DNA of 64,000 bases, from NCBI RefSeq assembly GCF_001194135.2, contig NC_069006.1, forward strand, positions 16,317,766 through 16,381,765. The letters are read 5' to 3'. The notes beneath the pieces were generated by a model that worked only from the letters and a program-made list of their open reading frames with translations, searched no databases and had not been told where the DNA came from. Below are positions 50,915-62,760 of this stretch, in pieces. The stretch's first letter is position 1; each line of letters begins with the position of its first letter. Made by a program: the position numbers and the translations under genes. The DNA is from Octopus bimaculoides (Eukaryota).

Positions 50915-51306
50915 TAATGGCATATTCATACCTTTGACAAATCATGGCTTGTTCCTCCTCCATTTATTTCTGTCTCTCGCAACATCACCCAGGTCTTTCT
51001 CTCGTTCTGCACATTCATTCTCTTCTTCATCATATGGCAACATCTGTTTAACAGAACTCCACAAATCAGCCATGCTTGAACTCTGCATGAGTGCACGCAG
51101 TGCAGTTTTATCACCTTGTGCACATCTCAAATACTCCCAACAACAGAGATTTGTCTTCTATTTTTGGCAGATTATTACTTTGGTCTTTTCCACTGGCTTC
51201 ACAGGCTTCTGTCTTGTATTACAGTTAGTTGCAATGGCAGATAGAAATGTTTTTCAAATGTATTAGCAACAGCATGTACAAAAAGGAAAGAGCTTTACAT
51301 TAGTAT

Positions 51307-51695
51307 TGTTGTTGCTGGCACTCCGTCGCTTACGACGTCAAGGGTTCCTGTTGATCCGATCAACGGAACAGCCTGCTCGTGAAATTAATGTGCAAGTGGC
51401 TGAGCACTCCACAGACACGTGTACCCTTAACGTAGTTCTCGGGGGAGATTCAGCGTGACACAGTGTGACAAGGCTGGCCCTTTGAAATACAGGCACAACG
51501 GAAACAGGAAGTAAGTGTGAGAGAAAGTTGTGGTGGAAGAGTACAGCAGGGTTTGCCACCATCCCCTGCCAGAGCCTCGTGGAGCTTTAGGCGTTTTCGC
51601 TCAATAAACACTCACAACGCCCGGTCTGGGAATCAAAACCGCAATCCTATGATTGCGAGTCCACTGCCCTAACCACTGGGCCATTGCATCTCCAC
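51307..51695 (-). mobile_element. Full-length SINE family A
   Basis: 13-bp TSD TTTACATTAGTAT at 51294-51306 and 51696-51708. Confidence 0.92.
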
Positions 51696-52277
51696 TTTAC
51701 ATTAGTATAGAACCATAAGAAAGCACAAAATAGTTTTCAATGTTACAAGAAATAAATAAATGAGTTATCAAGTTAGCTACTGCAAAAATAGCAAGTGTAA
51801 AACAGAAAAGGCAATCAAAATCAAATCAAATGACCAATGAATGTGTTAGTTAGTAGGAAGGTCACCTAAAATGGAAATTAGGTGGGTGAGGTTAAGAAGT
51901 AATTAAGTAGAAAGAAAAGGCAATATTGCTTTCCTACACAGCACCCTCTTCCCCCACCCTAGCTAGTATTCCAATGACCATTATGGGGTGGGTATAACAT
52001 TTTAGATCTAGTCTCACATAAACAAACACTTTCCAATCGTAGTGAACTTATTCTTTTACAAATATTCTCAGATTTTACAATGGTTGATACACATGGACTG
52101 ATCTTTAACCTCTTAGTATTTTATTACATTTTGCTAGTGTTGTATTTTTAAGTATTTAAATGTATTTACATACTTTATAGTGTCTTACACCAATATCAAT
52201 AACACATGCACTGGTTCAATTCCACTCCTTTATTATTCGTCATTTCATTTTCTACCCAATCGATTGCTTGCTTAACT

Positions 52278-52480
52278 TACTCTTTTACTTGTTTCAGCCA
52301 TTTGACTGCAGCCATGCTGGAGCACCGCCTTTAGTCGAGCAAATCGACCCCAGGACTTATTCTTTGTAAGCCTAGTACTTATTCTATCGGTCTCTTTTGC
52401 CGAACCGCTAAGTTACGGGGACGTAAACACGCCACCATCGGTTGTCAAGTGATGTTGGGGCGACAAACACAGACATACAA

Positions 52481-52563
<83 letters not shown>

Positions 52564-52743
52564 TATATATATATATACATATATACGACGGGCTTCTTTC
52601 AGTTTCCGTCTACCAAATCCACTCACAAGGCTTTGGTCGGCCCGAGGCTATAGTAGAAGACACTTGCCCAAGGTGCCACGCAGTGGGAATGAACCCGGGA
52701 CCATGTGGTTGGTAAGCAAGCTACTTACCACACAGCCACTCCT
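52278..52743 (-). mobile_element. Young SINE family B with long internal (CA)n
   Basis: CpG-intact consensus-like copy. Confidence 0.9.
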
Positions 52744-52917
52744 GGGTTAAACAGTCAATTATTTGTTGTGTGTTTTGTTTTATTCATCAAAGCCCTTTCG
52801 TTGCTATTTGCAGCCTTTTCAGTGATTTCTCCCTTAGTCCATTATGGAGATCATGTTTGTCTGTCTGACACCTTGTTGCTTGTATGTGTACAGAATATGA
52901 TCAGTGTCTGCATGCAT

Positions 52918-53235
52918 GTGGAGGCGCAATGGCCCAGTGGTTAGGGCAGCAGACTCGCGGTCGGAGGATCACGGTTTCGATTCCCAGACCGGGCATTGTG
53001 AGTGTTTATTAAGCGAAAACACCTAAGCTCCACGAGGCTCTGGCAGGGGTTGGTGGCGACCCCTGTTGTACTCTTTCGCCCCAACTTTCTCTCACTCTTT
53101 CTTCCTGTTTCTTGAGTAACGCTGCGATGGACTGGCGTCCCGTCCAGCTGGGAGGAACACATACGCCATAGAAACCGGGAAACGGGCCCACAAGCCTGGC
53201 TAGGCTTTGAAAGGGCGACGTTTATCGTTTTATCA
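52918..53235 (+). mobile_element. SINE family A2: family A head/body with a different 3' tail
   Basis: 11-bp TSD TCTGCATGCAT at 52907-52917 and 53236-53246; diverges from A after CTTCCTGTTTC into TTGAGTAACGCTGCGATGGACTGGCGTCCCGTCCAGC. Confidence 0.9.
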
Positions 53236-53271
53236 TCTGCATGCATATGTACAGATATATTATTGTGTGTA

Positions 53272-53486
53272 AGAGGGGGTGCTGAAAAGTTCCAGACTTT
53301 AGGTAAAAGAAAAATACGGGAGGATCAGTTAATTATGATTTTATGCAACATATTCCACTCTCAGATTCACACACTTATTGCAGCAGTCCTTCAGTTTTTC
53401 TAAGCCCTGTAAAAGTACGTGGAAGGTTGGGCCTCCAACCCGGCCTTTCACAATACCCTTAAAGCCAGAACCTCTTCAGCGCCTCC
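53272..53486. mobile_element. Mariner-derived MITE (family M)
   Basis: GAGGGGGTGCTGAAAAGTTCC / GAACCTCTTCAGCGCCTCC TIRs with TA flanks. Confidence 0.85.
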
Positions 53487-53974
53487 TAATGTGTATTTTC
53501 TTGTGTGTGTGTGTGTGACTATGTACACATGTGCGTATATAGGTATGTATATCTGTATGTATTCATTTGCTTATTTCTCCTTACGAAAGATTATCCTTCT
53601 TAACAATGTGCTTATGAATGTGTCTTCTCTATATCCTCTCTCTCTCTCCCTCCCTTTTCTATATGTTTATTATTTAACCATATACTTATTTTTACATTTT
53701 TAACTTTTTATTTGTTTATTTATTCATTAGTTAAATTCTACTTCTACTTCATTTACTCAATTATAAACTATTGACACATTATCCCACACACCTTGGGAGT
53801 ATACTACATTTATTAGCTTTTAATCCCCAAATCAGCCTACACATTTGAAGTTAGGCATTAATCTGGTCAAATTCTTAGCCTACACTTAGTATAACTATAA
53901 TCACATTATCCTCTACTAGTAATATTGTTATTATTGTTATGGTTTTACTATTTCATTATTAATATCATTATTAG

Positions 53975-54180
53975 GGCTGCAAGCTGGCAGAATCATTAGC
54001 ACACCTGTAAAAATGCTTAATGGCATTTTTTCTGGCTTCACATTCTGATTTCAAATTCTGCTGGGATCAACTTTGACTTTTATCCTTGATAATAAGTACC
54101 AGTTATGCTCTGGAGTCAATGTAATCAACTAGACCCTCCTTCCCCAAAATTTCAGGCCTTGTGCCTTTAATAGAAAAAAA
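53975..54180 (+). mobile_element. SINE family C
   Basis: GCAAGCTGGCAGAATCATTAGC head; GGATCAACTTTGACTTTTATCC domain. Confidence 0.75.
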
Positions 54181-54320
54181 TTATAAATATCATTATTATT
54201 TGTCTTACTGTTGCTATCATTAGAATTATTGCAAGTGTTGACACTCCAGCTATTATTCATCATAATAATACCATGTTCATCATCATCATCATCGTCCTCA
54301 TAATATTAATATTATTATAT

Positions 54321-54550
54321 TTAACCCTTTGGTGTTTGCATTATTCTGCCAAAATTAATGCTTTTTTATTCACATTGTTTTGAACTAATCATGCATTATC
54401 TTATAGCTACGAGATTCTGATGAGGTAGCTATTAATTTTTTAAATGATATTGTAGGGTCGATGTGAGAGACCCAGATCCAGCCAGTTTGAACATAAAACA
54501 GGCAGAATACTTTTGGCCGGATATGGCCGGTTTAAATGCTAAAGGGTTAA
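54321..54550. mobile_element. piggyBac-like MITE (family E)
   Basis: TTAACCCTTT...AAAGGGTTAA perfect termini. Confidence 0.9.
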
Positions 54551-54554
54551 AGCG

Positions 54555-54663
54555 GCAAGCTAGCAGAAACGTTAGCACAGCAGGTGAAATACTTAGCAGT
54601 ATTCCATCTGCCACTACATTCAAATTCCCCCAAATTTCAGGCCTTGTGCCTATAGTAGAAAGG

Positions 54664-54703
<40 letters not shown>

Positions 54704-54845
54704 TTAAGGTGGCAAGCTGGCGGAATCGTTAGCACACCAGGTAAAATGCTTAGTAGCATTTCATCAGTCTTTATGTTCTGAGTTCAAATTCTGGTCAACT
54801 TTGCTTTTCACCCTTTTGGGGGGGGTCGATAAATCAAGTACCAAT
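54555..54845 (+). mobile_element. Two tandem family C SINE pieces separated by (TAT)n
   Basis: Heads at ~54555 and ~54706. Confidence 0.75.
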
Positions 54846-55559
54846 GAAACACTGACCAATTTCATTGAAATAGTTAATTCTGGGACACCGAGTGTGTGTT
54901 TTACTATCTCCTTGACTTGACATCATGTGATAGTTGTAAATAAGTATCCCTGTAATGCAAGCAGTGTCCTTCATTTCAAATATTCTAAGAAAACATGTCT
55001 GGTCACAGGAAAATATTACTTTACCTGGAAACAAATGAGGTATATGACCATAATAAATTTGCCTCGGCAAGTTCTGTCTAACCCATGCAAGCATGGAAAA
55101 GTGAACAAGCAGGAGGAGGAGAAGGAGGAGATGATGATAAAGTAATCAAGTTTGCTACAGATGTACAAAGCAGAAACAAGAGAAGAAGAGGTGAAAAATG
55201 GATTAAAATTATAGATTTCTGAATGCTGCAAATGAGGAATAGAGAAATTCGTTTAAAAAAAAAAAAAAAGAATAATTTCAATGAATTCCATAGAGAAATT
55301 TCACTAAATTCCACTCAAACCTTGATTAGTTGGATATTTTTCATATTCAATTATACCAAAAAAAAAAAAATATTAATAATCAGAATTGAGTATTTTATTT
55401 CTGTATTTCTTATAATTTTTTTTTTTTTTTTTTTTCCATTGAGGGAGTGCTGTAATATAATGGTCTGCTTAGTATAGTTTAATAAATTTGTGATAAAGTT
55501 TTAATTGTAGCAGAGGGTGTGGTGGGTGCTTTGGAAGGGAAAGAAGAGAAACGTTACTG

Positions 55560-55780
55560 CTACATCATATCTCAATACATGCTCTGTTGCTCCCCCCATC
55601 AACCTGTGTAAATCTTCAGACCCCCCACCTCCGCAAATCACTTCAATACCCATGTCTTTCCACTGTGCAACATCGTATTTATGTTTCATACATACAGTCA
55701 TCCTTTTGGATGTACAGACAGCTCCACCGCTTCTTTACTCAAGCTGCCATACTTTTGCATGCAGCCACTCACCATCTCCA
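55560..55780 (-). mobile_element. Highly decayed RTE ORF fragment
   Basis: ELSVHPKG*LYV*NINTMLHSGKTWVL aligns by eye with KGLSLRVKGRLYDACV.TAMLHGSETW-type sequence at 13760-13840. Confidence 0.45.
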
Positions 55781-55831
55781 ACAATGATCATAACAATGAG
55801 GTGATGGATACTAACAAATGAAAAAAAGCGT

Positions 55832-55877
<46 letters not shown>

Positions 55878-55881
<4 letters not shown>

Positions 55882-56270
55882 GTTTCAGTCATTTGACTGC
55901 GGCCATGCTGGAGCACCGCCTTTAGTCGAGCAAATCGACCCCAGGACTTATTCTTTGTAAGCCTAGTACTTATTCTATCGGTCTCTTTTGCCGAACCACT
56001 AAGTTACGGGGACGTAAACACACCAGCATTGGTTGTCAAGCGATGGTGGGGGGACAAACACAGACACACAAACACACATACATATATATATATATATACA
56101 TATATACGACGGGCTTCTTTCAGTTTCCGTCTACCAAATCCACTCACAAGGCTTTGGTCGGCCCAAGGCTATAGTAGAAGACACTTGCCCAAGGTGCCAC
56201 GCAGTGGGACTAAACCCGGAACCATGTGGTTGGTAAGCAAGCTACTTACCACACAGCCACTCCTGCGCCT
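55878..56270 (-). mobile_element. Young full-length SINE family B with ~44-nt poly(A) tail
   Basis: AGGCGCAGGAGTGGC head at 56270; poly(T) 55834-55877 on plus strand. Confidence 0.92.
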
Positions 56271-56631
56271 ATATGTGATCAATCGGCTTGTTAGAAATAT
56301 CAGCCAAATCTCCCTCAAATCGCACACTATCATCTTAAAAATTGCACATTGGAAAATGTAGTCTTAGATGCACTATTTGAATAAAAGACATGGTGCCACT
56401 CATCAACATACCACTGACTCTCTTAGTAACAGTATTGGGCCTTCGTTTCAAGAGTGCTCCAGCTGCTAATATGTTGTGCTTCTGTCCATATGAAATACTG
56501 GTTCTCTGTCAGTCAGCCTATCAGAGATAACATGCTTGAGTAAGTACATACAGCTGCCACTGAATACGGAGAGGTTGGCATGGGTGCCAGTCATTGGATT
56601 CGGTTCACGGATTTAGAATTTTTCATCGGTG

Positions 56632-56690
56632 ATTCATGCTGACGAAAGTTGAGGCCCAAGGGCTAGAACTCAAAACCATGGTACATGAAT
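56632..56690 (+). ncRNA. Type I hammerhead ribozyme motif (degenerate at two positions)
   Basis: Stem I ATTCATG/CATGAAT (7 bp); core CTGACGA; stem II AGTT/AACT capped by GCCC-AA-GGGC; AAAA in place of GAAA; palindromic stem III ACCATGGT; GUA cleavage triplet. Confidence 0.7.
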
Positions 56691-57011
56691 ATCCAAATGA
56701 CATAATCTTTAATGGTATATTTTTAGTTGTTTAATTCTTTAACCATTTGCTCGCTTACTGTTGACTCTCATATTTCGGTGATTTCGGTTGTAGATTTGTG
56801 ATTCTGACTTCTATTTCTAAACAGGTTGATGCCTTATGCATCCTTAAGCTTAGTGCTAATTTTTAATTTTAATGTATAGCTATATAATGTTATTAAAAAA
56901 CCTGTGAACCACCTATATTACCATTGTTATTATTATCAATTACTTACATTCACCACAGATAATATTGACAATGATAATATCTTTCTTCAAGTGTTTACAT
57001 TCGAATTTTAC

Positions 57012-57057
<46 letters not shown>

Positions 57058-57138
57058 NNNNNNNNNNNNNNNNNNNNNNNNNNNNNNNNNNNNNNNNNNN
57101 NNNNNNNNNNNNNNNNNNNNNNNNNNNNNNNNNNNNNN

Positions 57139-57301
57139 ATTAAGTGCCGACTACATAAACAAACGATTCTTCGTTTTATTTGCTTTTTTCATTTTAAATT
57201 TGCTTTAACCCTAACCCTAACCCTAGGGTTAGGGTTAGAGTTAGGGTTAGGATTAGGGTTAATTGTTTCAGAATCGTTTGTTTATGTAGTCGGCACTTAA
57301 T
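57139..57301. repeat. 32-bp perfect inverted repeat enclosing a telomeric-repeat palindrome
   Basis: 57139-57170 is the reverse complement of 57270-57301; (CCCTAA)3 then about 6 TTAGGG-type units at 57205-57262. Confidence 0.9.
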
Positions 57302-58094
57302 GTATATCGGCTGAATGGACGTCAGTGATTGGTTGAAATTACAGAAATACGACAACTTTAACATGGAATAATTTATGGATTTCTTTTTTTTTTAAGAAGA
57401 CTAAGAGAAAAAGATGTTTTATATGATACATTCTACCAGTGTTCCAAGTTTCAAAGTGTTTCGTTAATGAAAAATGTGGCCCCCATTTTAAAAAAGATCC
57501 AAATATTCTATTGTATGAAACTATATAGATATTGTAAAATATCTCTTGATATTAAACTATAGAAAGTGCAAAATATATCATATTAACTATAAAAATAGTA
57601 AAACTATCTAATATGAACCTATAAGTGTTATAAGATATTTTTAAAGTTAAAAAAAATGTATAAACATCATCAAATTCATAGTAGACATTTCCGGTCTCAA
57701 TGACTAGAAGAATTCAACTTCCCACTCAACACAGTGCAGTCAATTTTTCAACAGCTTCATGTCAATTATCCTGCATACATGAAAGGCTCCTGAAAGAAGC
57801 CTCCATCTGCTCGAAACAGTGGCAAAATCTCTTTATAATAATATAACACTTTCGCTACCATATTTCTGTCAACATATGTTGCCTTTGTTTCAATTAATCT
57901 TTTAAATAATGAAGAATTTAGTAAAATAACTTTCTTGTTATTAAGCTGGGGGTCAGGAACAAATTAGCATAAAATGTTTATGGAAAATTATAATTTAGAA
58001 CACTTTAAAACAGTAAGTCTATGTTATAAAACCTGGGAGCAGTCTCGGGTGGGTAGGTATCCAAAGGATTAAAACTGGAATGGACATATTGGTT

Positions 58095-58300
58095 AATCTT
58101 TTCTACTCTCGGTACAAGGCCCAAAATTTTGGAGGAGAGGGCCAGTCAATTAGATTGACCCCAGTAAGCAATTGGTAATTAATTTATCGACCCCGAAAGG
58201 ATGAAAGGCAAAGCTGACCTTGGCAGAATTTGAACTCAGAATGTAAAGACAGATAAAATATCGCTAAGCATTTCTCCCGGCATTTCTTTTGCCAGCTTGC
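58095..58300 (-). mobile_element. SINE family C
   Basis: TTTATCGACCCCGAAAGGATGAAAGGCAAAGCTGACC. Confidence 0.8.
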
Positions 58301-58478
58301 CATCTTGGTTAATAGACATACAGTCCGGTAGTTCTGACTAAGCTATAAAAAAGGTAACACAAATGGATTAGGGTGAAGTAAAATAAGAGCAAGCTACTAA
58401 AAGGATTAAATGTCTACAGGTCAATGTGGAGAGTAACACACTTCTAAAAGCTGCTCATGTTGCTATTTGCAGTTCAAG

Positions 58479-58704
58479 ATAACCCGTTAACATTTAAACC
58501 AGTCATATCCGGCCTAAAATGTTCTACCCATTTTTTACTCAAACTGACTAGATCAGGCCTCTCACACCTACCCAACGTCATTCAAATCATAAACAATTAC
58601 ATCATCGAAATCTTAAAGCTATGAGATAATGCACGACTAATTCAAAACAATGTGAATGAATAAACATTACAATTGACAGAGTAACCTGAATGCTAAAGGG
58701 TTAA
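58479..58704. mobile_element. piggyBac-like MITE (family E)
   Basis: Ends GAATGCTAAAGGGTTAA. Confidence 0.85.
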
Positions 58705-59234
58705 ATAGATGAGAAACTCCACCAGTAACACAATCACTACTCAGTATCAGAAGATAGTCTCCTGCAGATGAGTTAACAAAAAGTGCTTGTAGCACCAACG
58801 CCCTCTTCTTAGCTTAGGTAAATTGAATGTTATCACTTGACTTGTTAAGAACAAAATAATGTCAACTTGACATTGCAGGTTCAAACCTGCACAATAGTAA
58901 CTAGAGGAAGATTACATCTAGTGATACAAGTGCAAATAATTTTCCTACAAAGAGAAAAATAATATAAGTTCATTCATTCATTCAACATGCTTATTTTTTT
59001 TTGGATTTTTAAACCTACCTATGTTTAAGATCACCTGATAACAGCGAATTGTTTGCATGATGTAATCATAGTAATCAAACTATTCATTAAGTAAAAAAAA
59101 CTACTACTGAAACAGCTGTTGTGAATTTTTAAATTCCATTGCAACCATTCCTACACTGGGTCTATAACTTGCATTGGATCAGGAACTTACATGTACATCT
59201 ATATATATATATAGACCAAAGTGTACGCACGCCG

Positions 59235-59425
59235 CTATATTTTTATATATAAAAAAATACAAAAATGGGACAAGAACGCAAAACATCCAGACAGTTAGGT
59301 GATACAAAAAAGGGACAACAAAACATCCAGACAGACGATGCAAAGAAAACAAGGGCGGGTCATTCGGAGTTTTCTTTCCTCAGTCGAGTTCCAGATTATC
59401 TTTGCAATTTCGGCTGGTTATACTC
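59235..59425. mobile_element. Unclassified repeat (family H), also present inverted at 15205-15340
   Basis: AAAAAATACAA..GGTCATTC..CTCAGTCGAG vs AAAAAATACAAC..GATCATTC..CTTCAGTCAGAG. Confidence 0.5.
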
Positions 59426-59427
59426 GA

Positions 59428-59660
59428 GTCTGTCTGTCTGTCTGTGTGCATCACTAAAACTCGAGAACTACCCAACCGATTTCATTCAAATTTTATACGT
59501 CTTACTTAGGGCCCATGCAGTGTCATGGGCCAAAAAATTTTCAACTTCTTGCCTAATGCAAGCCCAGAGCAATATCTTAGACTGTTTTGGTATTAAGTAT
59601 CAAAAGTGAAACAATAACATCTCTACTGTAATGTGATATAACAGTTTCACTTTTATATGG
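59428..59660 (+). mobile_element. Helitron/Helentron-like non-autonomous 5' region
   Basis: (GTCT)n followed by AACCGATTTCATTCAAATTTT, a motif order resembling DINE-1/Lep1-type elements. Confidence 0.45.
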
Positions 59661-60129
59661 TTTTACTTTCAATAGTTTCATCTTTATTAGTTTCACTATG
59701 TATATATACATGTCTGTGTGTGTATGCGTGTATATATGTGTGTGTGTGTGTGTGTGTGTACATATGTGTATATATACATGTATATATGTGTATATATATA
59801 TATATGTATGTATATGAATATGTGTTTATTTGGCAAAACAAGCCAAAAGATGACCATCCCAAAACATAAAGAATATATGTATATATATTCAAAGCTGAAA
59901 CAATTCCAGTTATAAAAGTTAATAATACATGTCAATGGTTAGTATTTCAATGTGTCTTCTTCGTGAAATTTACAGAGAAAATGTATTAACAGTTGATATT
60001 TCTGCTCTGTAATGTGTGTGTATGAAAGGTTGTGTTGTGTTGCGTTGCTAAAGAATCCAACTAAATGCATACAATTCAGATGTTATTAGCTCCCAATATT
60101 TCTTTCTGTAGCTTCAATGGAAAGTTGGA

Positions 60130-60420
60130 TATCTTGAGTGTGTCGTTTCTGTAGGTGTTTTTTGACGGAAGAAACATTAGCACAGAGTTGTTGTACCATC
60201 AGACACATATATGAACGTGTCTGATGGTACATCTGATGTAAAGTCCAATGAATACACTGTCCTAAATGGTCTGGCAACTTAAGAGCCATAGTATTGATTA
60301 TTCACTTTCCTGGTCTCTACCTAGACAAGCTACGCCTTATAAAGTTGGTAGAGGTGGATGCAAATTATGTTGCATTGAGGCACTTAGAATAATGAAATGT
60401 AATCATTCACCCATGGTAGT
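60130..60420 (+). mobile_element. Penelope-like element GIY-YIG endonuclease region remnant
   Basis: VWQLKSHSIDYSLSWSLPRQATPYKVGRGGCKLCCIEALRIMK resembles the PLE post-GIY-YIG motif (IW.LK....Y.I.W.I...A.PY......C.LC..E...I). Confidence 0.7.
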
Positions 60421-61584
60421 GGATGAATATGTTCCTAAAGCCAACTTTTAATTACTTGTGAGCATTTCTAGGCTTCATCACTAATTCCATTCTCAACCAA
60501 ATGGAATGTGTTTTTTTTTTTTTTTTAGCAATGATGGTCCAGCGCTAAGCTACATTCTGAGATAAAATAAGTGAAATTTGGTTCATTAAAAAGAAAAGTT
60601 AGGTCAAAATATGTGGAAGTAATGTGAAAAATTGATTTTGACTCAGAATATCTTATTTTAAAAGAAAAACTAGATTAATTGGATTTTAAAGAATGTGCTC
60701 ATTGAGAAGATTCTAACAGTATCTAACATCATGGGTCATTTANNNNNNNNNNNNNNNNNNNNNNNNNNNNNNNNNNNNNNNNNNNNNNNNNNNNNNNNNN
60801 NNNNNNNNNNNNNNNNNNNNNNNNNNNNNNNNNNNNNNNNNNNNNNNNNNNNNNNNNNNNNNNNNNNNNNNNNNNNNNNNNNNNNNNNNNNNNNNNNNNN
60901 NNNNNNNNNNNNNNNNNNNNNNNNNNNNNNNNNNNNNNNNNNNNNNNNNNNNNNNNNNNNNNNNNNNNNNNNNNNNNNNNNNNNNNNNNNNNNNNNNNNN
61001 NNNNNNNNNNNNNNNNNNNNNNNNNNNNNNNNNNNNNNNNNNNNNNNNNNNNNNNNNNNNNNNNNNNNNNNNNNNNNNNNNNNNNNNNNNNNNNNNNNNN
61101 NNNNNNNNNNNNNNNNNNNNNNNNNNNNNNNNNNNNNNNNNNNNNNNNNNNNNNNNNNNNNNNNNNNNNNNNNNNNNNNNNNNNNNNNNNNNNNNNNNNN
61201 NNNNNNNNNNNNNNNNNNNNNNNNNNNNNNNNNNNNNNNNNNNNNNNNNNNNNNNNNNNNNNNNNNNNNNNNNNNNNNNNNNNNNNNNNNNNNNNNNNNN
61301 NNNNNNNNNNNNNNNNNNNNNNNNNNNNNNNNNNNNNNNNNNNNNNNNNNNNNNNNNNNNNNNNNNNNNNNNNNNNNNNNNNNNNNNNNNNNNNNNNNNN
61401 NNNNNNNNNNNNNNNNNNNNNNNNNNNNNNNNNNNNNNNNNNNNNNNNNNNNNNNNNNNNNNNNNNNNNNNNNNNNNNNNNNNNNNNNNNNNNNNNNNNN
61501 NNNNNNNNNNNNNNNNNNNNNNNNNNNNNNNNNNNNNNNNNNNNNNNNNNNNNNNNNNNNNNNNNNNNNNNNNNNNNNNNNNNN

Positions 61585-61686
61585 TATCGGTCTCTTTTGC
61601 CGAACCGCTAAGTGACGGGGACGTAAACACACCAGCATCGGTTGTCAAGCAATGCTAGGGGGACAAACACAGACACACAAACATAT

Positions 61687-61719
<33 letters not shown>

Positions 61720-61891
61720 CATCTATACGACGGGCTTCTTTCAGTTTCCGTCTACCAAATCCACTCACAAGGCTTTGGTCGGCCCGAGGCTATAGTAGAA
61801 GACACTTGCCCAAGGTGCCACGCAGTGGGACTGAACCTGGAACCATGTGGTTGGTAAGCAAGCTATTTACCACACAGCCACTCCTGCGCCT
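61585..61891 (-). mobile_element. Young SINE family B (tail in gap)
   Basis: Consensus-like; head ends CTCCTGCGCCT. Confidence 0.9.
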
Positions 61892-62050
61892 ACATTGTTA
61901 ATTTTATTTTCATAACAAAACTCATTATCCAAAAGTTTTAAATCACAGATATTGTGTTATAAACTCAGGTAGAATATACGTAACTCAAAACAGTAAAAAA
62001 AAAAAAAAAATAAAAACACGTTTTTTAAAGAAACAAAAGAATTAACTTCT

Positions 62051-62282
62051 TTAACTTCTTTAGCATTTAAACCAGCAATATATCCGGCCCAAATATACAA
62101 CCAGCTTTACATTCAAACCAGCCATATCCAGCCTCTCACACCTATCCTACAATGTCATTCGAAAAAATAACAATGACATCATCAAAATTTTGAAGCTTCA
62201 AGAAAATGCATGATTAATTCAAACTACCATGAATAAATAAGTATAACATTTGACAAAATAATATGAATGCTAAAGGGGTTAG
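62051..62282. mobile_element. piggyBac-like MITE (family E)
   Basis: Family body; GAATGCTAAAGGGGTTA end. Confidence 0.8.
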
Positions 62283-62534
62283 CATGTGCATTATAAAATA
62301 ACACAGTATTTTCTATTTAAAGTCAGAATATTTATAAAAATGAAAGCTAATGAACAAATTGAATGCAAAATTTAGAAATAATTCTTGCTTTTCTTTTTAA
62401 AAAAAAAGGGAGGGGGTTATAATATATTGTCAATTTTTACTTAAATTGCTATACATAAATTAGTAATATCGAACTTTTAATATGTGAACCTGCAGGTGAT
62501 TAGTCTTTTCGCTAAAATTAATAATAAATAGCTT

Positions 62535-62760
62535 CTTTTATCTTTTTACTTGTTTCAGTCATTAGACTGCGGCCATGCTGGGGCACCATATTGAAGAATT
62601 TTTAGTCAAATGAATCAACCCCAATACTTATTAATTTTTTTTTTAAGCCTGGTACTTATTCTATTGATCCGTTTTGCTGAACAGCTAAATTATGGGGGCG
62701 AAAAACATACTAACAAAGGCTGCAAGTAGTGGTGGGAGACAAACACAGATAAACATACAT
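62535..62760 (-). mobile_element. SINE family B tail half
   Basis: CTTGTTTCAGTCATTAGACTGCGGCCATGCTGG. Confidence 0.75.

Noticed and set aside
52918-52990. tRNA-like sequences at SINE heads
   Set aside because: A/B-box-like motifs but no complete cloverleaf; continuous with SINE bodies and bracketed by TSDs, so not tRNA genes.
57205-57262. Interpretation as an ancestral chromosome end-to-end fusion
   Set aside because: Fusion gives (TTAGGG)n then (CCCTAA)n; the order here is reversed and the array is very short.
57785-57825. CTGAAAGAAGC..GCTCGAAACAGT (also CTGAAGAGG at 44421)
   Set aside because: PLE-terminus-like wording, but the core spacing is wrong and no stem I can be formed.
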